Origin: an uncultured archaeon
GTDB taxonomy: Archaea > Asgardarchaeota > Lokiarchaeia > Sigyniarchaeales > SOKP01
Assembly (NCBI GenBank): GCA_964632315.1
Contig: CAZWEM010000059.1
Coordinates: 1 to 19,298, forward strand
Reading direction: 5' to 3'
Length of the DNA: 19,298 bases
Each line of letters opens with the position of its first letter. Position 1 is the first letter of the stretch. Made by a program: the position numbers and the translations under genes. Positions 1-8,742 of the stretch are shown piece by piece. The notes beneath the pieces were generated by a model, which saw nothing but the letters and a program-made list of their open reading frames with translations, was not told where the DNA came from and did not search any database.

Positions 1-10
1 TATTAGCATT

Positions 11-81
11 GCGCTTGTAGTATAGGGGTAATATGCCAGGTTCCCAACCTGGCGTCCCGGGTTCAATTCCCGGCAGGCGCA
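11..81 (+). tRNA. tRNA-Gly (anticodon CCC), intronless, CCA not encoded
   Basis: Cloverleaf folds by eye: acceptor GCGCTTG/CAGGCGC, D-arm GTAT/ATAT, anticodon arm CCAGG-TT-CCC-AA-CCTGG (CCC at 43-45), T-arm CCGGG-TTCAATT-CCCGG, discriminator A81. A pyrimidine-rich tract follows. Confidence 0.97.
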
Positions 82-160
82 TTCTTTATTTCTCTCTAAA
101 GATTTAATATCACGTATTTACCTGAAAATATTTAACAGATTATTTAAATTCTCTTTAGTT

Positions 161-2350
161 TTACCATGATAAACCCTTACGGAATCGAATATCATTTATA
201 ATTTGGTTTGCTTCATTTGAAGGGACTTCCATGAAAGCATAAAATTCATTTTGCCAAAATGCTTTACCTGAGGTTGCTGAACGGATATCCTCTGCAAATT
301 TAATCGAATGTCTAACTGGAAGTAAAATTTCAATAGTAGCTTGATATTCATTATCTTGATTTATTGTTTTGATCTTCGCGGCGAATTTTGAGAGCAAAGA
401 GAGACTTATCTTGATATATTCAGGAGGTAATTGAATGATTGTATGATATATCGGTTCAAGTAGGATCAATCCAGCTTCACTCAAAGCCTTTTTCACACCC
501 TCATATATTAAAGCAGATAATTCCGTAGATGCATTTTCCGCATTGAAACTTTTTATGCTTAATTCCTTGATTATAAATTTAATTTCAGTTAACCCCTCTC
601 CGCATAAAGGGCCATTCATTTGTATTTTCTTAAATATATCAAGAATTGTAGACTTAATCATTTCTTCTTGTTCTTCTAGCTTATAGAAAATAAGAAGATT
701 CTGATGTTCATCCCATGACCAAATATTTGCGATCTCTTCTTGATTCAATCTAGTATTTTTCCTTAATAGATCCCCTAATTTTTGATTTTTGACTAAAGAG
801 TTTCCGCCAATTTCTTGAAAATATTCGATACTCTTCTGATCTAACCTCTCCAACTTCAACTTGATAGACATATTTCCATCAGGGGAATTCATTGAAATCA
901 TAGAAGATTTATTCAAACATGATTCTTTAAAAACAGCTCGGGGTTCGGAAATTGATATTTGAACTCCTCGATGTTCCACATCATTAGCAGTTACTTCGAG
1001 ATGTAAAGGACCCATTCCAGAAAGTAAAAATTCTCCATTTTCCTCATTGATTTCAAATTTCAAATTAGGATCTTCAATCAAGAGATTTTCGATACAATCT
1101 TTCATTTTATCCAAGTCTCTAAGGTATTCTGGTTCAACTGAAACTGTGACCACCGGTGTCGAAACATACTTTACATTTTCAAATGGAATCATATCTTTAA
1201 TAGCATTAGTTTCTACTATGGTTTCACCACTTCTTACTTGTTTTAAACCTTCAATTGCAACTATATTCCCCACAGGAACTCTTTCAACTTGCTCTTTTCG
1301 TTGTCCCATGAAAATAGCAGTTCTTTGAATTGTTTCAGCTTGGTTTTCTCTTTCAAGAAATATTTTTTGCTTCTTAAAACATGAACCGGAAAATATTCTT
1401 CCCGTTGCAACAAGTATATTTTTATCAACTTGAACCTTACTCAAACAAATAATTAAAGGTCCTTCTGGATCACAATTGATCATGGCTTTCCCTAAATCTG
1501 AATTTAGATCGCCATCCCAAATCTTTTTAATCCGATAATTTTGAGCTTGTATTGGATTTGGTAAATGATCGACAACCATCTCTAAAATAGCTGAATGAAT
1601 TGGAAGATAAGTTGATAAATCAGCGTAGCTTTCCTTCGTGTAAGTTTCTTTCTTATATCGTTTTCTTATATCTGAAAACTTTAACTCACTTTCTTCTAAT
1701 ATTTTAGCAGTAAAGCCCCATTTATGTAATGCAGACCCGAACGCAACATTTTCATCTGCAGGTGAAACTTGCCATTCTTTATTAAAAGGCTTATCTGCAT
1801 ATCTTTCTATTAGAGTATTAAAATCATTTATAATTCTCGAATATTTTTTTCTTATTTCATCATCTGAGAGTTTTAGCTCACGTATTAATCTATCTACCTT
1901 ATTAATGAAGAGTACTGGCTTAACTCCTTCTGCTAGAGCTTGACGAATGACAGTTTCACTCTGAGCTATTATTTCCTCAACTGCGTCTACTACAACTACG
2001 ACCCCATCAATAAGTCTCAGGGCACGGGTAACCTTTCCACTAAAATCTAAATGTCCCGGAGTATCAACGAGGTTTATCACGAAGGGTTCGGTCTGATGTA
2101 ATGATTTTTCATAATATAAAGATATATTTGTTGATTTCATTGTTATACCTCTTCGCTGTTCCTCTTCTAAATAGTCTAAAGCTCTTGCTTCTCCCGCTAA
2201 ATCTGGAGAAAGTAATCCAGCTTCACTAAGTAGGGAATCACTTAAAGTAGTCTTACCATGATCAATATGTCCGACTAATCCTATGTTTCTTATTTTTTGA
2301 GGCTTTTCCATGATGCTTAAAATTTCTGAGATGGTTTTTCGACGTGGCAT
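161..2350 (-). CDS. Translation elongation factor EF-2 family GTPase; probable Asgard EF-2 paralog (aEF-2p) lacking the diphthamide site
   Basis: 729 aa. G1 GHIDHGKT, G2 RGIT, G3 DTPGH, G4 NKVD, G5 SAL, domain III GMGPLHLE and C-terminal IRFRKGL are typical of aEF-2. The domain IV loop reads ELSIKSFNAENASTE, with no H-R-G motif. Confidence 0.92.
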   Translation of the reverse strand: MPRRKTISEILSIMEKPQKIRNIGLVGHIDHGKTTLSDSLLSEAGLLSPDLAGEARALDYLEEEQRRGITMKSTNISLYYEKSLHQTEPFVINLVDTPGHLDFSGKVTRALRLIDGVVVVVDAVEEIIAQSETVIRQALAEGVKPVLFINKVDRLIRELKLSDDEIRKKYSRIINDFNTLIERYADKPFNKEWQVSPADENVAFGSALHKWGFTAKILEESELKFSDIRKRYKKETYTKESYADLSTYLPIHSAILEMVVDHLPNPIQAQNYRIKKIWDGDLNSDLGKAMINCDPEGPLIICLSKVQVDKNILVATGRIFSGSCFKKQKIFLERENQAETIQRTAIFMGQRKEQVERVPVGNIVAIEGLKQVRSGETIVETNAIKDMIPFENVKYVSTPVVTVSVEPEYLRDLDKMKDCIENLLIEDPNLKFEINEENGEFLLSGMGPLHLEVTANDVEHRGVQISISEPRAVFKESCLNKSSMISMNSPDGNMSIKLKLERLDQKSIEYFQEIGGNSLVKNQKLGDLLRKNTRLNQEEIANIWSWDEHQNLLIFYKLEEQEEMIKSTILDIFKKIQMNGPLCGEGLTEIKFIIKELSIKSFNAENASTELSALIYEGVKKALSEAGLILLEPIYHTIIQLPPEYIKISLSLLSKFAAKIKTINQDNEYQATIEILLPVRHSIKFAEDIRSATSGKAFWQNEFYAFMEVPSNEANQIINDIRFRKGLSW

Positions 2351-2682
2351 TATCTAAAGGGTCTTCTCTATAATTCAGTTAAAGATTAATTACTTCAATT
2401 AATCTTTTGATTAAAATTTTAGTATTGCTATATAAGAGAGAGAGCGGGAAATGAAAAATGTCAATACTCAAGATCTTCTTCATTAAATAATGGAATATTC
2501 CATAATTTTCAGTTGGGTCAGAACTTTCATGCGAATTCATTCCCCGCATGATAAAGTATAAGATATATATATGTTCTTCTTTAATGAATTCTTGCGCCAT
2601 CATTCTAAATTTAGAGTGGGATTATGATGTTTGATAATGAAAATGTTTTTATTTCATAAACTTATATTTTAAAGTAGAAATT

Positions 2683-2877
2683 AATAGAATTTATTCTTTA
2701 AGTTAATCTCTTAATCTCACATAAAAGAGATTAAGAAGTTATTCTATTTATACAAATTCGCTAAGAAATAATTTCATATTAAGGAACAATAAAAATAATT
2801 GGAATATCGTTGAAAAATTACCAAGATATTAGATTAATCTAATCAAAATTAAAAACTAATTAATCTGATATATCAGA
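2683..2877. promoter_or_regulatory. Cluster of inverted repeats/palindromes in the divergent EF-2 paralog / aCPSF1 intergenic region
   Basis: AATAGAAT(2683-2690)/ATTCTATT(2741-2748) encloses TCTTAATCTC(2709-2718)/GAGATTAAGA(2727-2736). Perfect palindromes ATTAGATTAATCTAAT (2828-2843) and TCTGATATATCAGA (2864-2877). Function is inferred only. Confidence 0.45.
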
Positions 2878-2919
2878 ACGATAAAAATTTTAAATTAACA
2901 AATTAAAAATTGAATTGAT

Positions 2920-4830
2920 ATGAGTTTTGAAGGAGAATTACAAAGAATTAAAGATGAAATAATACATTACCTCCCAGGAGATATTTCAGTAAAGAAAATT
3001 GAATTCGAAGGTCCTGAAATCGCAGTTTATTCTGAAAATTCTAATTTAGAAATTGTAGAAGGATCGGATATTTTGAAAGAATTAGCGAAAACCATGCGAA
3101 AAAGAGTGGTTTTTAGGTGGAATGTTGAAAAAAGAAAGGATCCTGATGAGACTGAAGCATATATCCGAAATCTTGTTGGAGAAGATGCTGAAATTTCTCA
3201 CATAGAATTTGATCACACTCGTGGTGAAGTAATCATTGAGTCTGGTAAACCTGGATTGGTAATCGGCAAAAAAGGAGTAAACTTAAAAGAAATTAGGGCT
3301 AATACCTTCTGGCAGCCAAAAACAATTAGAACTCCTCCTTTAGATTCAAAAACAATCCAGCTCATACGTGGCATGCTTCAGAAGGAGAGAAAGCAGCAAA
3401 AAGAAATCTTGCTAAACATAGGAAAACGTATCCACAGACCAATGCTTTTTAAAAATTTAGATATCCGAATGACAGCATTAGGGGGTTTTAGAGAAGTAGG
3501 GCGGTCATGCATTCTGATGCAAACAAGAGATAGCAACGTGTTACTTGATGTTGGATTAAATGTTGGAAATAACAATGATAAATTTCCTAATTTTGATTTA
3601 CCAGAATTTTCTATAAGAGATTTAGATGCTGTTATCATTTCTCATGCTCATCTTGATCATTGTGGAATGGTGCCTTTTCTGTTTAAGTATGGCTATCGAG
3701 GACCAGTATATTCTACACTTCCTACAAGAAATTTATCAACAATGCTTCAATTAGATTTCGTGCAAATTTGTGAGAAAGAAGGAATTGCTCCCCCATATTC
3801 GAAGAGAGATGTTAAAACCACCGTCTTACATACAATTCCATTGTCTTGGGGAAAGGTTACTGATATTGCTCCAGATATCAAGCTCACTCTTCATAATTCG
3901 GGACACATTTTAGGTTCCTCATTAATTCATTTACATTTCGGAAAAGGTGGTTATAATTTTGTATATACAGGAGATATGAAATATCAAAAAACAAGGTTAC
4001 TTGAAAAAGCAGCAGTTAAATTTCCAAGAGTTGAAAGCTTGCTTATAGAAGCTACATACGGAGGACCACAAGATAGAATTCCAAGCAGGCAAGATTCCGA
4101 AAAGGAGCTAAAACAGATTATTAACGCAACAATTAAACGTGGAGGAAAGGTTCTTATTCCTGTTCTCGCTGTTGGTCGCGCTCAAGAATTAATTATAGTT
4201 TTAGAAGAATATATCTCAAAAGGAATTATTGATCGTGTTCCTGTTTTTTTAGATGGTCTTATATCAGAGGCAACAGCAATTCATACTGCTCATCCTGATT
4301 TTCTAAGTTCTGATCTACGTGAAAAGATTCTGCATCAAGGGAAAAATCCATTTCTAAGTGACTTTTTCACAACCGTCTCCTCCTCAGAAGAACGCTTAGA
4401 TGTGCAAGGCGGAGGACCCTGCATTATATTGGCTACAAGTGGGATGCTTATAGGTGGACCTTCAGTCCAGTATCTTAAAGCCTTAGCAGAAGATAAGAAG
4501 AATTCGCTAATTTTTGTATCTTATCAAGTTTCTGGCACTCTCGGAAATAGAATTCAGAGAGGATTCAGGGAATTTCAGTATATTGATGCTAAAGGAAGGA
4601 CTCAACTGGTCAAGCTTAATTTAAACGTGTTCACTTTAGAAGGATTCAGCGGGCACTCCTCAAGAAGTCAAATCTCGCAATTTCTTCGCCGAATTCAGCC
4701 AAGGCCAAAGATGGTTATCACTAACCACGGAGAGGAAACGAAAGTAATCAGTCTTGCTACAATGATTCATAAGAAGCTTATGAAAGCTACTAAGGCGCCA
4801 AAGAATCGAGAAACGATCCTTTTGAAATAG
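2920..4830 (+). CDS. fttA: beta-CASP ribonuclease aCPSF1 / transcription termination factor FttA (KH-KH-MBL-beta-CASP)
   Basis: 636 aa. N-terminal IEFEGPEIAVY, KH motif KPGLVIGKKG, LGGFREVGRSC, metallo-beta-lactamase SHAHLDH, GHILGS, AVGRAQE, GFSGHS and NHGE. Length and architecture match aCPSF1. Confidence 0.96.
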   Translation: MSFEGELQRIKDEIIHYLPGDISVKKIEFEGPEIAVYSENSNLEIVEGSDILKELAKTMRKRVVFRWNVEKRKDPDETEAYIRNLVGEDAEISHIEFDHTRGEVIIESGKPGLVIGKKGVNLKEIRANTFWQPKTIRTPPLDSKTIQLIRGMLQKERKQQKEILLNIGKRIHRPMLFKNLDIRMTALGGFREVGRSCILMQTRDSNVLLDVGLNVGNNNDKFPNFDLPEFSIRDLDAVIISHAHLDHCGMVPFLFKYGYRGPVYSTLPTRNLSTMLQLDFVQICEKEGIAPPYSKRDVKTTVLHTIPLSWGKVTDIAPDIKLTLHNSGHILGSSLIHLHFGKGGYNFVYTGDMKYQKTRLLEKAAVKFPRVESLLIEATYGGPQDRIPSRQDSEKELKQIINATIKRGGKVLIPVLAVGRAQELIIVLEEYISKGIIDRVPVFLDGLISEATAIHTAHPDFLSSDLREKILHQGKNPFLSDFFTTVSSSEERLDVQGGGPCIILATSGMLIGGPSVQYLKALAEDKKNSLIFVSYQVSGTLGNRIQRGFREFQYIDAKGRTQLVKLNLNVFTLEGFSGHSSRSQISQFLRRIQPRPKMVITNHGEETKVISLATMIHKKLMKATKAPKNRETILLK

Positions 4831-4871
4831 ATGGTGTAAGTTAAAAAAATTAAAAATTTAACTTTTCAGTT

Positions 4872-5624
4872 CTATTGTCTAATCTCCAGTGATGGTAAAT
4901 CAAGTATTGCTTGAGGAATCGAGGTAAGATTGTTTTTCGAAATGTATAGATGCCTGAGATGCGTCAAATTTCCGATAGAATCGGGAAGTGATACTAAACC
5001 ATTTCCCTCTAATGAAAGAACTTTAAGTGAGAGAAGATCACCAATGGACTTAGGTAAATCTGTTAGCTGATTCCCAGATAGACCTAACTCTTCTAAAGAT
5101 TTAAGATTTCCGATGCTTTCAGGAATAGAACGAACACCACAAAAAATTATATTCAGTTTTCTAACTGATTGAAGATCACCAATGGTATTGGGTAAATGTG
5201 TTAAATTTCTATAGTTATTGACTTCAAAGACCCTGAGATTCTTTAATCCTCCGATACTGGAGGGAAGAGCCTCTAAAGGTGCTTTTTCACCATGAGGCAT
5301 GGTCCAAATAATAAAAAGTTCTAGAAGATGGGTAAACTCTGATATGGTCTCTGGTAGGGTTTTAGAATTCTGACTATAAATGCTTAATGCGACAATATGG
5401 CCCTTATATGCAGTAAATAAGAGTGTAATGTCCGGCTCCTCAATCCATCGATGTTTCCGCAAGTGCTTGCTATGGTATATCTCGCAGTGGCAATGGGCCC
5501 CTAGTTCTTTTAAAGAATTTAGCTCGGACTCGAGCAAGGGAATTTTCCTATAACCACCCCCGCCCGGAGCCGTGAGGTCATAACACCGAAAAAGAACAGT
5601 TTTGTCTTCCACTTTTTCCCCCAT
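4872..5624 (-). CDS. Leucine-rich repeat protein (about 7 repeats of ~23 aa)
   Basis: Repeated LxxLPxSIGxLxxLxxLxLxxN units (LEALPSSIGGLKNL, LTHLPNTIGDL, IPESIGNLKSLEELGLSGNQ, LTDLPKSIGDL, LVSLPDSIGNLTHL). Confidence 0.93.
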   Translation of the reverse strand: MGEKVEDKTVLFRCYDLTAPGGGGYRKIPLLESELNSLKELGAHCHCEIYHSKHLRKHRWIEEPDITLLFTAYKGHIVALSIYSQNSKTLPETISEFTHLLELFIIWTMPHGEKAPLEALPSSIGGLKNLRVFEVNNYRNLTHLPNTIGDLQSVRKLNIIFCGVRSIPESIGNLKSLEELGLSGNQLTDLPKSIGDLLSLKVLSLEGNGLVSLPDSIGNLTHLRHLYISKNNLTSIPQAILDLPSLEIRQ

Positions 5625-6001
5625 AATTTTTTGCTTTAGTATAATTAAATATTAAAAATCTTGATTATTTAAATCTTTAGACAGTGAAAAATTACTTTTC
5701 TTCATCTTACGTATCGCTCATAGACTTTACTTCAGATATCTATCAAGAAATTCCTTAGAACCAATTATCAGACCCATTGAAAAAGTTGGTTCCTTCTGAG
5801 AGAGTAATATTCTCGAACTATTCACTTTATCACCAAGAATTAAAGATATACTGATTAATCATGGGACTGATAAATATTCAATTTTATTACCTATTACTAT
5901 AAATTGCTATAAGCTATACTATTAGAAACAGTCAGAAAGAATTCTTAGATAATTTTTTTAAACACCTATTATTTTATTTTATAATTTAAAATTATTTTCA
6001 A

Positions 6002-6943
6002 GTGGTACTTTTGAGATTTAGGTTGAATTTGAAAGAACATTCGACTACTATAGTAAGGCGAGTAGTTCAAATCGTTACATTCTTACTAGTAAACTACGTA
6101 ATCCTTGAAACGATATTTGGAATAAATCTTAATGCTTTTGAGGGATTAATAAAAGTATTACCTATTTTGAATAGCCCTCGAAATCCTCTCTCGACTGGAG
6201 CAGGAATTTTAGAATACATTTTTTATTCGATTGGTCAAGGGTTCTTTCCTATTATGCTAATTGGAATCTTTATCCTTGTAATATTGTTTACTAATAGATC
6301 TTTTTGTGGATGGGTTTGTCCGATTGGTACAATTCAAGACGCACTGACTGCCATCCCCGTAAAAAAGAGATCCCCTAAATTGAATACGCATAGATTTCTT
6401 CTTAAAATTAAGTATGTATTTATTATCATACTTATCTTATTCATCGTACCACTAGGAATATCAAAAACAGCAAATCAACTTTTCTATTTAGACTTCAAGG
6501 AACAATTAGGGGCTTTTGCAGACAAACCTATTGGATATTTTTCAATGTCAGAATTCATTTTCTATTATTTCATTCAATTTATTACTAATTGGACAAGCTT
6601 TATTGCTTTAGGTAATTGGGGAGCAATCATAATCTTCGTGTTCTATTTCTTAGTTTTAGCTCTTTCAATTTGGTATCCCCGAATATATTGTAGATATTTT
6701 TGTCCTTTTGCCGCCCTCTCATCAGTAGTTTCTGATTATTCCTTTCTAAAACTCTCTAGAAACCCTGTTAAATGCGTGGGAAGAGCTGAATGTGGGATTT
6801 GCGAAAAAGTATGTCCTAAACAGATACGAATACTTGATGAACCATTTGATTTTTATACTGGAAATGGAGAGTGCAATTTTTGCTTGAAGTGTAAAGAACA
6901 ATGCCCCTATGATGCAATATTGATCAAATTTGGGAATGTATAA
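6002..6943 (+). CDS. Membrane 4Fe-4S binding protein, NapH/MauN-like polyferredoxin
   Basis: Several hydrophobic helices, two CxxxCP motifs (FCGWVCP, YCRYFCP) and two C-terminal ferredoxin motifs (CVGRAECGICEKVCP, CNFCLKCKEQCP). GTG start is uncertain. Confidence 0.88.
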   Translation: MVLLRFRLNLKEHSTTIVRRVVQIVTFLLVNYVILETIFGINLNAFEGLIKVLPILNSPRNPLSTGAGILEYIFYSIGQGFFPIMLIGIFILVILFTNRSFCGWVCPIGTIQDALTAIPVKKRSPKLNTHRFLLKIKYVFIIILILFIVPLGISKTANQLFYLDFKEQLGAFADKPIGYFSMSEFIFYYFIQFITNWTSFIALGNWGAIIIFVFYFLVLALSIWYPRIYCRYFCPFAALSSVVSDYSFLKLSRNPVKCVGRAECGICEKVCPKQIRILDEPFDFYTGNGECNFCLKCKEQCPYDAILIKFGNV

Positions 6944-7109
6944 CCTCTTAAACTCTAAAAAAACATTTCAAATTTATTAATATTACTTATATTCGTTATA
7001 AATCCATCTAAAGCAATAAGATTATATTTTTTAAACATTTCTAGGAATTGAAACTTTGGTTATATCAATCAAGATTATAAATTTATTTTCTATATTAAAG
7101 TGAATTTCA

Positions 7110-8321
7110 TTGGATCATAACAGAGTACAGAAATTTAAGCAATTATTATCAAATGATAATTTAATTGGACCTAAGGGAATTCCCAATAGCCGTGCTTCAA
7201 GATATTACGATGAACATGATTCTTATGAGGATATTCGACCTCCTTTTTTTCGTGATGTTGATCGTATTGTGCATTCTCTTTGTTTTTCACGATATATAGA
7301 TAGGTCTCAAGTATTTTTCGATCTTAAGCCATTTAATGCTAATATAACTCATAGAAGCTTACACGTTAAGCTAGTAGCTCGTATAGCAAGGCAAATTGGA
7401 CGCATCCTAAAACTTAATAATGATTTAATAGAGGCAATAGCTCTTGGACATGATGTTGGCCATACTCCAGCTGGTCATTTGGGAGAAGAAATTCTACGTG
7501 AAATTTGTTACAACTACAATTTAGGAGGATTTCTTCATAATGCCCAAAGTATAAGGTGGCTCTTCTACTTAGAAAAACGATTCCCAAAAAAACCAGCGAA
7601 AGGATTAAATTTAACCTTACAAACTTTAGATGGGATTTTATGTCATGATGGCGAGGTTAATGAAAGAGAAGTAAAACCAATCGAAATAAATGGAAAATCT
7701 TGGAATGATTTTTTTAAAGAATATAAGGATGCATTTAATGACAATAAACTAAAGAGAATTCCGATGTCTTATGAGGGCGTTGTGGTTAGAATATGTGATA
7801 CTATTGCCTATGTCGGGCGAGACATCGAAGATGCAATTTTACTAAAATTCATTAAAAGGTCAGATATACCCGTTAATTGTAAGAAAGTTCTAGGCGATAC
7901 TAATCGTAAAATAATTCACAACTTGATAATGGATTTGCTAAATTATAGTATTGATAATGATATGATTGGATATAGTGAAGAGATTTATGAGGCTTTAAGA
8001 GAACTAAAACAATTTAATTATGAAAAAATATACAACCGGAGAGATCTGCATATTTTTAACGATTCGAACCTCTCTTACACTAAGTATTTAAAAAATAAAT
8101 TTGAATTCATTTTCAAGCGATCTTTAGAAGATTTGGAACGCAATGATAAACAATCCCCAATTTTTACTGATCATATTGATTATATTGATGATGAAAACTA
8201 TACAACCTATTATGAACCGATTAAGAGCAAAAATAAACTTGCGTTAATCGTTCGAGACTATATCGCAGGAATGAGTGATAATTATTTCAATGAAATATAT
8301 AATAGATATAAAAAAATCTAA
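7110..8321 (+). CDS. HD-domain dNTP triphosphohydrolase (dGTPase/Dgt-like)
   Basis: RPPFFRDVDRIVHS...QVF, ALGHDVGHTPAGHLGE, HNAQS, CDTIAY...DIEDA and DYIAGMSD are the Dgt-family motif series. TTG start. Confidence 0.9.
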   Translation: MDHNRVQKFKQLLSNDNLIGPKGIPNSRASRYYDEHDSYEDIRPPFFRDVDRIVHSLCFSRYIDRSQVFFDLKPFNANITHRSLHVKLVARIARQIGRILKLNNDLIEAIALGHDVGHTPAGHLGEEILREICYNYNLGGFLHNAQSIRWLFYLEKRFPKKPAKGLNLTLQTLDGILCHDGEVNEREVKPIEINGKSWNDFFKEYKDAFNDNKLKRIPMSYEGVVVRICDTIAYVGRDIEDAILLKFIKRSDIPVNCKKVLGDTNRKIIHNLIMDLLNYSIDNDMIGYSEEIYEALRELKQFNYEKIYNRRDLHIFNDSNLSYTKYLKNKFEFIFKRSLEDLERNDKQSPIFTDHIDYIDDENYTTYYEPIKSKNKLALIVRDYIAGMSDNYFNEIYNRYKKI

Positions 8322-8451
8322 TACTACTTAGAATTAATGTGTTCATTTTACAGCTAATTGCTTTGATTAGCAAAATTCCATATTTAATATTTGTGATAAA
8401 ATAAATCAATCATTAATATTTTAAAGAATCAGATCCCTCTTTAAATGGAAA

Positions 8452-8590
8452 GGATTACACATGGAGGATATATAAAAATTTATACGGGGTTTTTTTCAGT
8501 CACGGGGTTGTACCCTTTATCAAAAAGGGTTGGTTTTAAATTAAATTTAAAACTATTTTATATCCTCCGAGAAATTAGTTTGTGTAATCC
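8452..8590. ncRNA. Candidate structured non-coding RNA (or palindromic element), family unknown, 139 nt
   Basis: Two nested perfect 10-bp helices (GGATTACACA 8452-8461/TGTGTAATCC 8581-8590; GGAGGATATA 8463-8472/TATATCCTCC 8559-8568) close a multibranch loop. The loop holds hairpins ACCCTTT/AAAGGGT (8512-8530) and TGGTTTTAAAT/ATTTAAAACTA (8531-8555) and two ACGGGGTT direct repeats. Confidence 0.5.
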
Positions 8591-8742
8591 AATAAATTAT
8601 AAGACCACATTAGAATAAAAATCTATCCCATAAGACAAATAAATTCTTTATGATCAAAACATATTATGAACAAAATTTTAATGTCATTCTTCTCTTTATT
8701 CCATGTATTGATTAGAATAATCATGCATTGGGAATTAAACTC

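Noticed and set aside
2523-2557. Hairpin considered as a SECIS element or riboswitch
   Set aside because: Lacks the AUGA/GA core geometry, and no gene here shows an in-frame TGA needing recoding. No riboswitch consensus was recognised.
2379-2603. 74-aa minus-strand ORF upstream of the EF-2 paralog
   Set aside because: No recognisable motif, low-complexity AT-rich composition and overlap with hairpins. It cannot be excluded but is unsupported.
5684-5854. GTG-started frame interrupted by one TAG (5756-5758): pyrrolysine readthrough or pseudogene?
   Set aside because: Only ~56 codons, no recognisable homology and no pyl context.
7110-8321. dGTPase as an antiviral nucleotide-depletion system
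   Set aside because: The neighbourhood is housekeeping-like, with no defence or mobility genes; a housekeeping Dgt-like role is more parsimonious.
8484-8533. G4T-rich repeats resembling ciliate telomeric repeats, a telomerase template or a G-quadruplex
   Set aside because: Only three runs of 3 or more G, two repeat copies, and no reverse transcriptase in the window.
8452-8590. MITE interpretation of the terminal inverted repeats
   Set aside because: No informative target-site duplication, no second copy and no transposase in the window. Not excluded genome-wide.
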